DNA of 21,034 nt from a virus. Both the position numbers and the translations under genes were made by a program. The notes under the pieces were generated by a model. That model saw only the letters and a list, made by a program, of their open reading frames with translations. It ran no database searches and had not been told where the DNA came from. The stretch lies in IMG/VR virus record IMGVR_UViG_3300049629_001768; one strand, 5' to 3'. Of this stretch, positions 9,150 through 16,534 are shown in pieces (the stretch's first letter is position 1; every line of letters starts with the position of its first letter).

Positions 9150-9537
9150 CTATTTTCTCTTTCGTCGGTGAAATCATTTTAGCATAGACTAAAAGGCCGT
9201 CGGTAAATTTAAGATCATACTCAAACCAGACCATTGGACCCTTATCTCTTTCATCTTCATAGTCAATCCAAACTGGTGTATATACATTGATATGCCCATG
9301 AAAATATATTTTATTTTTTTTAATTTCTTTATCTGGCTTTTCAAACCAATAAGTTTCTTCATCTTTATAAATAAAACCATTATTATCTATATAATAGTTA
9401 TCCATTAAACAATCTAAATCTTTAGTTTGAAAACCGTCTGCAGCAAATGTGTGATTAGCATAGCTTTTTAACTTCGAAGGAACCCAGTCCTCTAAAGGTA
9501 GAGGATAATCTATTTCAAAAGAATCATATAAACCCAT
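9127..9537 (-). CDS. hypothetical protein (136 aa)
   Basis: Complete ORF MGLYDSFEIDYPLPLEDWVPSKLKSYANHTFAADGFQTKDLDCLMDNYYIDNNGFIY...; non-biased composition. Confidence 0.65.
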   Translation of the reverse strand: MGLYDSFEIDYPLPLEDWVPSKLKSYANHTFAADGFQTKDLDCLMDNYYIDNNGFIYKDEETYWFEKPDKEIKKNKIYFHGHINVYTPVWIDYEDERDKGPMVWFEYDLKFTDGLLVYAKMISPTKEKIDELHGKL

Positions 9538-9543
9538 ATTTTT

Positions 9544-9552
9544 ATTATACCA
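9544..9552 (-). promoter_or_regulatory. putative extended -10 promoter element TGGTATAAT
   Basis: Minus-strand TGGTATAAT directly upstream of the 9537 start. The identical ATGGTATAAT string recurs upstream of the 20716 start. Confidence 0.35.
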
Positions 9553-9564
9553 TATGGATTTATG

Positions 9565-10221
9565 CTATAATTGTCTATCTTGGTCTTTCAATTTATTTTT
9601 ACTTGCTGATATAGAAGTTGCTAAACCTACAGCTGCAACTGAACCATACATTATAGACTTTCTATTAGCAAATTTTTTAATAACGCTTAGCCCTGAAGCA
9701 CCGTCTAATTTCGTCATTATATAATTTTTTACTGCCGTTGAAGCACCAGATGCTGTTCTAGCAACTTGGCCTGCTGCCTCAGCCCCAGATTCTGCTGCGA
9801 TAGTGATATCTGCAGTGGGAGCAAGTGAAACTACCGATGCAACTGGCTGCCTCATCTGTCTTAATTTTAAAGTTTCTTCCATAAAAGATACTGGACTAGA
9901 ACTAGGAATAAATGTCGGTGGCCTGGTAATAGCCCTTGATGGTTTAGATACTATTGGTGAATTAAAACTAACAGAACCAACTGCTCCAGGGACCCTTTTT
10001 CCTGCCCTAACTTGCGCTTTTCTAGCAGCTACCTTATCTGGGTGAAACCAGTTACCCTTTTTTAATACAGCCTGTTTTTCTTCTGGTCCACGAGAACTAA
10101 TTCTCGCAAGCAAATCAACATCATCGTCTTCAAGGCTTATGCCACCCGTTATAACATCATCGATAACATCATCTTCTAATGAAATTGAGTTAGTCGGATC
10201 AAAATCAATATCTTCAACCAA
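9565..10221 (-). CDS. hypothetical protein (218 aa)
   Basis: Complete ORF MVEDIDFDPTNSISLEDDVIDD...WFHPDKVAARKAQVRAGKRVPGAVGSVSF..., acidic N-terminus, Ala/Gly-rich C-terminal segment. Confidence 0.65.
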   Translation of the reverse strand: MVEDIDFDPTNSISLEDDVIDDVITGGISLEDDDVDLLARISSRGPEEKQAVLKKGNWFHPDKVAARKAQVRAGKRVPGAVGSVSFNSPIVSKPSRAITRPPTFIPSSSPVSFMEETLKLRQMRQPVASVVSLAPTADITIAAESGAEAAGQVARTASGASTAVKNYIMTKLDGASGLSVIKKFANRKSIMYGSVAAVGLATSISASKNKLKDQDRQL

Positions 10222-10254
10222 TGTGGTGCCCTTTAAAGTTAAAATTCATTACTA

Positions 10255-10272
10255 TATAAATATATATAAATA
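10255..10272 (+). promoter_or_regulatory. tandem T4-type late promoter motifs (TATAAATA x2)
   Basis: Exact TATAAATA at 10255-10262 and again at 10265-10272, about 25 nt upstream of the ATG at 10297, which has its own GGAGGA-like SD. Confidence 0.55.
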
Positions 10273-10296
10273 GTAACATAATTTGGAGGAATAAGT

Positions 10297-10512
10297 ATGG
10301 CATCAAAGAAACCAGCTAAAAAACCACTTAGTGATTCAGGTAATTCAAAAAATAAAGAACTACTCGGTAAAGCTATATATTATATGGGCTTAAAGACCGA
10401 TGGATTTACATGCCCAGCTTGCTCTAAAAAAGTTATTAAGGGTATAATATATGAGCACAATAATGCAATGCATTGTAGCCGTAAATGCATTAATACTTTA
10501 ATAGGAGCATAA
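10297..10512 (+). CDS. small putative zinc-finger protein (71 aa)
   Basis: FTCPACSKKV...HNNAMHCSRKCINTL; GGAGGAATAAGTATG context. Confidence 0.65.
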   Translation: MASKKPAKKPLSDSGNSKNKELLGKAIYYMGLKTDGFTCPACSKKVIKGIIYEHNNAMHCSRKCINTLIGA

Positions 10513-10824
10513 ATGAGTAGCGATTGGTTAGCCAAACTTTTAGTAGAAATGGATATGAAACTTCCTAAGCCCGAGCAGGAGTTCGCCGATGCTTTGCTTA
10601 ATATAGTTTCAAAATATGGAAAATTATCTAATGGAGACGGAAAAGGAATATGGGTCGGCTATAAGCCGGCTTCCGAAAACGAAGACTATGAGATGGGGAT
10701 TAAGTGCGAAAACTGCTACCTTCATGAAACTGATAAAGTATGCAAGATTTATGCAGGAGAAATAGAACCAAATGGTATATGTAGACTAGCTGCTATACCT
10801 GATTCTCTAGTTAAGTACGATTAA
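10513..10824 (+). CDS. hypothetical phage protein with four-Cys motif (103 aa)
   Basis: GIKCENCYLHETDKVCKIYAGEIEPNGICRLA; starts at the nucleotide after the upstream stop. Confidence 0.65.
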   Translation: MSSDWLAKLLVEMDMKLPKPEQEFADALLNIVSKYGKLSNGDGKGIWVGYKPASENEDYEMGIKCENCYLHETDKVCKIYAGEIEPNGICRLAAIPDSLVKYD

Positions 10825-11064
10825 GAAGCCTGCTTCTTATCTACTTTTCTAAATACTTCATTAATTTCTGCTGTAGTAAGCTTACCGTCATCCATAAAAG
10901 CTCTGGCTAAGCCCTCAACAACAAAAGCTACTCCGGCCTATGCCGGCCATTAGAACTGCTTTAACTAAGGGTACATCTACTATTGCCCCAGCTCCAACCA
11001 CACTAAGTCCTGTAGCTGCAAAAGTTGCAAGTATTCTTAATGATACCATTTTTAATTGTTCCAT
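10821..11064 (-). pseudogene. small membrane (holin-like) protein gene, apparently frameshifted near 10934-10948
   Basis: Minus frame 1 reads MEQLKMVSLRILATFAATGLSVVGAGAIVDVPLVKAVLMAGI. Removing one G restores ...AGVAFVVEGLARAFMDDGKLTTAEINEVFRKVDKKQAS*. Without removal the frame stops at SSFCC*. Confidence 0.65.
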
Positions 11065-11082
11065 TACTTTATTTCCCTTTCA

Positions 11083-11280
11083 TTAGTCTTTATCGTTTTT
11101 AAGCATTGCGTTTACATAATGAACACCAAATGCACACAGTGTTGCAATGATGGTGATCTTTCTAGTTTCTCCAGAAAGTGTTGCAAACACTATTACGCTA
11201 CCTGATATTGTAAATGCAAGAGCTGCTGTTTCTCTTGCAAATTTCTTAATAAAGCCTATTGGGCTAAATTTCCTTTCCAT
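11083..11280 (-). CDS. possible separate small membrane protein (65 aa) from an in-frame internal start
   Basis: Minus strand ACGGAGGGAATAATGGAAAGG: strong SD (GGAGGG at 11290-11285) before ATG (11280), giving MERKFSPIGFIKKFARETAALAFTISGSVIVFATLSGETRKITIIATLCAFGVHYVNAMLKNDKD. Confidence 0.6.
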   Translation of the reverse strand: MERKFSPIGFIKKFARETAALAFTISGSVIVFATLSGETRKITIIATLCAFGVHYVNAMLKNDKD

Positions 11281-13887
11281 TATTCCCTCCGTATATTTGT
11301 AGTTAAATATGCTATTCTTAGTAAAGTTACCTTCTTCGTCTTCACCTTCTGGACCTTCTATTCCAGGTGATTCTTCTTCTTCATTTTCTGGATCGTCTTC
11401 TTTTCTTCCATGTGAATTAGAAGAGCTTCCTCCAGGACCAGGGTTACCGCCATTTGGTCCAGATGGTGATCCAGAACCTCCAGCTGAACCTGGCGCAGAA
11501 AGACCAATGGCACTAGCTATTAATGTAGTTGTTGCGATTAAAGTTCTGCGTGAACCAACATCTATATTTGATCCAACTGGAACATAATCATCAAATCCTT
11601 CAGCGTAAATATTTATTTCTTCTTCAAAGACATTTCTTACTTCCTCTGGCGCATCTTGAACTGCATCAATAATTTCACTTACTTGCTCATCAGTTAATTC
11701 ATTGCTATCAATTGAGTTAAAAATCTCAGCAGCTTGTTCTTCTGTTGCGCTTTCTAAAATTTCAGAACTTGAAGCTAGGTCAGCAGCAAAATCTGATGTA
11801 ATTTCATCTTCCAGTGCTACGTCTAGAATTTCTTGTATCTGATCATCATTAAGGTCTTCTAATATTTCTGGATTAGTTAAGATTTCATCAGCTAATTCAT
11901 CTGATATTCCAGAGTCTAAGATTTCATCTATCACTGTAGAAACTTGATCGGATGTTAGATTATCTGATTCAAGTAAAGATTCAACGTCATTTACATTTAA
12001 GTCGCCGTCAATTATTTGGTCAATAGTTTGATTTAATTCCTCTTCAGTTACTATGTCATTGGTCACATTATCTATTTGATCGGTGGTATCATTTGCTGTT
12101 TGGTCTGAAGATGTTTCTTGAGGCGGTAAAGATGTGGAAGTCTCTTCTGGTTGCTCTTGAGGATCATTTTCCTGAGGGTCCTCCTCAGAAGGGACAGTAG
12201 TTTCAGGCACTGTAGTTTCTGGTACAGTAGTTTCAGGTACTGTAGTTTCTGGTACAGTAGTTTCAGGTACTGTAGTTTCTGGTACAGTAGTTTCAGGTAC
12301 TGTAGTTTCTGGTACAGTAGTATCTGGGACTGTAGTGTTAGTTGTAGGTGTTGGTTGAGTTGTTGTAGTTGTTTCTGGATCAGGCTCAGAAGGAACAGTT
12401 GTTGTCGTTGTTCCACTTGGTACCTGTGGAACTGTAGTAGTTGTTGTTGTAGTGGTAGTTGTAGTAGTGGTGGTAGTTGTAGTTGTAGTAGTTGTAGTTG
12501 AATTAGGGTCAATAACAGTTGCATCAACAGTTACTTCGGGTCCGTATACACACGGACCTACGCCTTCACTAGAGAAGCAACTTTGATTTCCCGCTTTAAT
12601 GCCAAAGCGCACAGGTCCAAATCCAGTAGTTACGGGGTTGCTTCCAGAAAACATTCCAGTACTTAGCGAGTAGTTGGTGCCTTGATTAGTCCACACACCC
12701 CAGCCACCTGACGTTGTTCCGCCAATTTCATCAAGGTCGTAAAAAATAACTGAGTAGCCGTAGACATTTAAGTTGCTTGATGCTGGAGCATCCCAGTCAA
12801 GGTCTATGCTTCCATCTGCGTTTGCTACAGCAGTGAGATTTGTGACTGCGTTGTAATATGGCGCAACCGTCGTTGTTGTAGTCGGCGGAACAGTAGTAGT
12901 TGTGGAAGTAGTCGTAGTTGTAGTAGAAGTGATAGTTGTTGTAGGTGCTACAGTTGGAGCTGTTTCATTATTCGGGGCAACTCCACCAAAGGTCGTGCAA
13001 TTGCTACCTGCAGGAACACATCGCTGAGTATCACCTATTGCATTGTCAATCATTAATACTGGAGATAGGGCTGTATCTCCAAGATTAAAAACAGCAAAGC
13101 CAAGTTTATATGTACCACTTACTGAAACTTCATAAGTTGATGTTTGCCAACCAGTAGAGCCATATGAGTTTACAGAGTAATCTCCAGTTCCCGGATTTGT
13201 AAATCCAAGAAGTGCATATGAGCGATTAAAATTATTAACTGTTATTGTCGGAGTTGATGGTGTAGAGACAGCAACAAGCGAAGTTAATGAACCATCATTA
13301 AATGGAACATAATCAGTACCCAAATAGTTCCAAGACATCGTATAAGTAATTCCAGAAGTCAATTGAACTTCACGAGTAATCCATGCAGCATCAGTTGGAT
13401 TGGACTGTCCTCCATTTGCGGCAGCTTGCGCATCTGCTGTTAATTGTGCTTGTATTGCTGTTTGTGGGGATCCAGATAAGCCAAGGGCTGTCATTGCTTG
13501 AGAAAAATTTTGCTCATTCCTTGGTTGCAGCAAAGCAGCGTATGAGGCATTGCTTGGGGAGAATGTCCAGCTTCCTGCCGATACCGCTGGGGCATAATAT
13601 GGATTGGGAGCGCCATTTCTTGTAGCACTACCTACTGCTGGATGTGATGGATGACTAAAGGTTTTTGGACCGCTAAAAATAGTTACGCCAGTACCATTGC
13701 CATTTATTGCAGATCCCAAATTGCCTGTTTGAGTCCCCCTAGACCAGCCAGTAAATGAATTATCTTCAAAGCCAGCATTTGCTATGGGCTCTTGTGTAGA
13801 AGAAGCATCTACGGTTGGAATTGTTATTAAAGCAATAACCGCCAAAGGCAGAGCTGTCCACCAGCCTTTTCTAAAGTTGATTTTCAT
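11083..13887 (-). CDS. large secreted / membrane-anchored surface protein with Fn3-like domain, poly-Thr linkers and VPETT repeats (934 aa)
   Basis: N-terminal signal-like segment (GWWTALPLAVIALITIPTVDAS); Fn3-like region AVTNLTAVANADGSIDLDWDAP...; 22-residue Thr tract; VPETT repeats; acidic helical segment; C-terminal hydrophobic segment. Confidence 0.75.
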   Translation of the reverse strand: MKINFRKGWWTALPLAVIALITIPTVDASSTQEPIANAGFEDNSFTGWSRGTQTGNLGSAINGNGTGVTIFSGPKTFSHPSHPAVGSATRNGAPNPYYAPAVSAGSWTFSPSNASYAALLQPRNEQNFSQAMTALGLSGSPQTAIQAQLTADAQAAANGGQSNPTDAAWITREVQLTSGITYTMSWNYLGTDYVPFNDGSLTSLVAVSTPSTPTITVNNFNRSYALLGFTNPGTGDYSVNSYGSTGWQTSTYEVSVSGTYKLGFAVFNLGDTALSPVLMIDNAIGDTQRCVPAGSNCTTFGGVAPNNETAPTVAPTTTITSTTTTTTSTTTTVPPTTTTTVAPYYNAVTNLTAVANADGSIDLDWDAPASSNLNVYGYSVIFYDLDEIGGTTSGGWGVWTNQGTNYSLSTGMFSGSNPVTTGFGPVRFGIKAGNQSCFSSEGVGPCVYGPEVTVDATVIDPNSTTTTTTTTTTTTTTTTTTTTTTVPQVPSGTTTTTVPSEPDPETTTTTQPTPTTNTTVPDTTVPETTVPETTVPETTVPETTVPETTVPETTVPETTVPETTVPSEEDPQENDPQEQPEETSTSLPPQETSSDQTANDTTDQIDNVTNDIVTEEELNQTIDQIIDGDLNVNDVESLLESDNLTSDQVSTVIDEILDSGISDELADEILTNPEILEDLNDDQIQEILDVALEDEITSDFAADLASSSEILESATEEQAAEIFNSIDSNELTDEQVSEIIDAVQDAPEEVRNVFEEEINIYAEGFDDYVPVGSNIDVGSRRTLIATTTLIASAIGLSAPGSAGGSGSPSGPNGGNPGPGGSSSNSHGRKEDDPENEEEESPGIEGPEGEDEEGNFTKNSIFNYKYTEGIMERKFSPIGFIKKFARETAALAFTISGSVIVFATLSGETRKITIIATLCAFGVHYVNAMLKNDKD
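12191..12335 (-). repeat. 15-nt tandem repeat with a 30-nt higher-order period, encoding (VPETT)8 plus VPDTT
   Basis: Plus-strand units acagtagtttcaggt / actgtagtttctggt alternate regularly; nearly identical copies. Confidence 0.9.
12433..12498 (-). repeat. Thr-codon microsatellite encoding 22 consecutive threonines
   Basis: Plus-strand tgt/agt/ggt triplets; translated tract (T)22 in the 934-aa protein. Confidence 0.9.
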
Positions 13888-14168
13888 TATTCCTCTACTG
13901 GAATATCAGCCTCTTCTTCCTGTGCCTGCTTTCCTTTTACATTAGAAATCATCAAACCAGCCAATGTGCCGGTAATAAATGTGGCAATGCTTGAAAGAAC
14001 GCTAAAGAACATTTTGTCATTTTCTGCTTGTGCACCAATTGGTTGAGAAACAAAAACGAGAGCATATAGAATGGCTAATGTCGTTGTAAAGAGTACTGCG
14101 CCCAACACACAGCCAATAACAAATCTTAACCTTGCATCAAGGTCTTCTGGGGTATATTTATTATTCAT
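13887..14168 (-). CDS. small membrane protein with two hydrophobic segments (93 aa), start corrected
   Basis: GGAGGGACCA precedes the ATG at 14168 (MNNKYTPEDLDARLRFVIGCVLGAVLFTTTLAILYALVFV...). Stop overlaps the next ATG (TAATG). Confidence 0.65.
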   Translation of the reverse strand: MNNKYTPEDLDARLRFVIGCVLGAVLFTTTLAILYALVFVSQPIGAQAENDKMFFSVLSSIATFITGTLAGLMISNVKGKQAQEEEADIPVEE

Positions 14169-14367
14169 TGGTCCCTCCTTCGGATTGTTCATTTGGATCA
14201 AATCCGATAATGTCCGTTGTGCATGTACCCGTCACTTTACATTCGGGCGGGTTGCATTCGCTACTTTCCCAGTTTGCGGGGTCTTGACATTCATAACGAT
14301 AACGACCTTCATAACCACATGAGGAAAGAGTTAAGGATACAAATAGTATCCCAAATATTGTTTTCAT
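14161..14367 (-). CDS. small Cys-rich lipoprotein (68 aa)
   Basis: Signal peptide with lipobox LTLSSC, then GYEGRYRYECQDPANWESSECNPPECKVTGTCTTDIIG. Confidence 0.75.
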   Translation of the reverse strand: MKTIFGILFVSLTLSSCGYEGRYRYECQDPANWESSECNPPECKVTGTCTTDIIGFDPNEQSEGGTNE

Positions 14368-14407
14368 ACAATAATTATAATTTATTTAATATTATATTAC
14401 AACATTT

Positions 14408-14995
14408 TTATAATGAGCCAAAAGCAGTGCATATGTATTTAACGCCAGATTTTATTCTTTTTGATTCATGAAAAAATGGTGGTGTTGATGGGAAAAGCAC
14501 CGCACTGCCTGAAGAGGGCTTAATAAAAACAGATTGTTCTTGGAAATTTAGCTCCCCGCCAGAATAGTTATCATTAAGATACAATATTCCAGATATAGTT
14601 TCTTTAAAGACATCTCTGCCTGGATCAACATCGACGTGGCTGCCCATACTGGCACCAGTAAAGTATTTGCTTATACCCAGTTCGGAAAAATAACCAATAT
14701 TGTTTTCAATAGTGTTTCTGTATAATTCAAAAGACTCTTCCATCGCAGAATGCAGTTTTCTAAATATATCAATAATTGCTGTTTGGCTTATGACAATCAT
14801 AGAAGAATTAGTTTTTTTTGTATTTCCAAAAATATAAGAACCATCGCTAGAATTCCACACTGTCCATTTTGAAATAGCATCTGATTGTTTAATTGTCTCA
14901 TTTGTTCTTTCTAATTCATTAATTAAATTATCTGAATTGGGTAGGGCGTTTTTAATGTAAAGAATTTTACTGGAGAAGATTTCGTATTCACGCAT
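14408..14995 (-). CDS. 2OG-Fe(II) oxygenase, prolyl 4-hydroxylase-like (195 aa)
   Basis: GSHVDVDPG (HxD), NDNYSGGELNF, PPFFHESKRIKSGVKYICTAF. Confidence 0.82.
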   Translation of the reverse strand: MREYEIFSSKILYIKNALPNSDNLINELERTNETIKQSDAISKWTVWNSSDGSYIFGNTKKTNSSMIVISQTAIIDIFRKLHSAMEESFELYRNTIENNIGYFSELGISKYFTGASMGSHVDVDPGRDVFKETISGILYLNDNYSGGELNFQEQSVFIKPSSGSAVLFPSTPPFFHESKRIKSGVKYICTAFGSL

Positions 14996-15743
14996 GTATA
15001 TTACCTTTTGCCCACTCCTCCTTTTGCCTTGCCTGCTGGCTTCTTACAAGCGCTTCTTCTTCCTTCCATTTCTTTTTTGTCTCTTCACTGTATTCAATTT
15101 CAGCATAATCCCAAAATGACACCATTGTGTACCTGACCCCTTTTGTTATTTCAGTAACACCGTGAATGTTTTCAACACCACCCGGAAAAACATAATAAGA
15201 TAAAGCATTTGGTTTAAAAGATAAATAGGGTTTTAAATTATTACTTTTATCACAAAAATATAACTCCCCGCCTTCATAATCTCCATTTAAATAAAGAATT
15301 CCAACATACTTATTAATTTCAAATGCATTTGGAACTCCTGAATGATCTGAATTATCGGAATGGGGGTTTGCAAAACCGCCAACATCCCATTTTTGAGCAT
15401 GAGATGTATTTGGTCTTACTTTTCTTTCAAACACTTTTTCCACAGATTCTTGAAATTTTAATTTAAGATTCTCAAAAAAATTATTGGGAAGACCAAATTG
15501 CTGCATAGTACTGTCGTCAGTAGATATTGCTTTACCAGAAGAACCATAAAATGCAATGTCCCCCCACTTTATATTGCATTCTTCAAAAAATTGAATAATG
15601 TTTGGAACAAGTTCTTTATCTAAAAAATTTGGAATTTCTACAATTTTATTAGTTGCAACACCGAGACTTGTTTCAGGGATGACATCGTTTTGAAGAAATA
15701 CAAAATTAGATTCATTTATTTCACTAATAATTTTATTTTTCAT
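14988..15743 (-). CDS. 2OG-Fe(II) oxygenase, prolyl 4-hydroxylase-like (251 aa)
   Basis: ANPHSDNSD (HxD), LNGDYEGGELYF, VENIHGVTEITKGVRYTMVSFW. Confidence 0.87.
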   Translation of the reverse strand: MKNKIISEINESNFVFLQNDVIPETSLGVATNKIVEIPNFLDKELVPNIIQFFEECNIKWGDIAFYGSSGKAISTDDSTMQQFGLPNNFFENLKLKFQESVEKVFERKVRPNTSHAQKWDVGGFANPHSDNSDHSGVPNAFEINKYVGILYLNGDYEGGELYFCDKSNNLKPYLSFKPNALSYYVFPGGVENIHGVTEITKGVRYTMVSFWDYAEIEYSEETKKKWKEEEALVRSQQARQKEEWAKGNIHA

Positions 15744-15750
15744 AATTTAA

Positions 15751-16533
15751 TCATACATCCTTGTTTTCTTTTTTAATATTTTTGCTATAAATTTCATCAT
15801 TTATAACAAATTTTGTTGTTAAATACTTTTCATTATTTTTATAATTAACTGTAAATTGTTTAGACTTTTTGTCCTCTACATAATTTTTGTGAATTTCGCA
15901 CACCAACACTGATCTTGCGGGGTGCCCATGAATAGACACAAAACCCGCATCTTCTCTACAAAAGAAACATTCTATGTTGTGCAGATAGTTTTTATTCTCA
16001 CCCCTCCAGTCTGTTCTTTCCGGATAGATGTTTTTATCGTGTTTATTAATTTTATTATTTTTTTCAGATTCATATGTAATTGAATAATCTATATCAAATA
16101 GTTCCATCCCATCAGCATTTGCATTTTTTGAATTTAAAAGAGCCGGGGCGGAGAGGTGGTCTATTACAAGGTCAATGTCTTCCACTTTCTCGTTCAAAAA
16201 AATATGAACGCCGACCTCGCAAGGATAAGTGTTTAATTTTATTCTAATAACCACATAACCATTATTTAATGGTAAAAATCCTACCAGGGTGCATGTTTGT
16301 TTAAAGTCTATTTTTTTTACACTTATTTGATCAAAATGAATTTTTTGCTCAATAAAAGGATTGACATGAACAACATCGCTATTTTCACTAAAATCACAAA
16401 TATGTTTTTTTTCATAGCTATTGGTTAATCCATAAAGAATATTTTTTAATTGTTCCTCATTTTTAGGAGGATTTATTGTAAATCCAAAAATTTTTATATT
16501 TGTATTAATTTGCAAATTTGAATAGTGATTCAT
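15751..16533 (-). CDS. hypothetical protein with Cys/His putative zinc-binding motif (260 aa)
   Basis: Complete ORF; IECFFCREDAGFVSIHGHPARSVLVCEIHK. No HxD/GGEL oxygenase signature. Confidence 0.7.
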   Translation of the reverse strand: MNHYSNLQINTNIKIFGFTINPPKNEEQLKNILYGLTNSYEKKHICDFSENSDVVHVNPFIEQKIHFDQISVKKIDFKQTCTLVGFLPLNNGYVVIRIKLNTYPCEVGVHIFLNEKVEDIDLVIDHLSAPALLNSKNANADGMELFDIDYSITYESEKNNKINKHDKNIYPERTDWRGENKNYLHNIECFFCREDAGFVSIHGHPARSVLVCEIHKNYVEDKKSKQFTVNYKNNEKYLTTKFVINDEIYSKNIKKENKDV

Positions 16534-16534
16534 C

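Noticed and set aside
9360-9380. Exact TATAAATA on the plus strand as a late promoter
   Set aside because: Located inside the minus-strand 9127-9537 gene with no plus-strand gene downstream; expected by chance in AT-rich DNA. A minus-strand TATAAATA near 8083 lies inside the 7810-8361 gene and was discounted similarly.
9189-10045. Minus-strand ORF 9189..9380 and plus-strand ORF 9803..10045
   Set aside because: Alternate-frame or antisense shadows of the 9127-9537 and 9565-10221 genes.
11309-11587. Plus-strand ORF of 92 aa rich in Pro/Ser
   Set aside because: Antisense to the acidic/Gly-rich part of the 934-aa protein; no independent support.
12191-12335. Possible CRISPR array
   Set aside because: Units are contiguous 15-nt coding repeats with no spacers, and they keep a reading frame.
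12072-12527. Leu/Gln-rich minus-strand ORF (151 aa) and the overlapping plus-strand Ser/Cys-rich ORF (12151..12501)
   Set aside because: Frame-shifted and antisense readings of the poly-Thr/VPETT repeats of the 934-aa protein.
13383-14471. Plus-strand ORFs 13383..13625, 14071..14322 and 14217..14471
   Set aside because: Antisense to the surface-protein, membrane-protein and lipoprotein genes that have SD, overlap and signal-peptide support on the minus strand.
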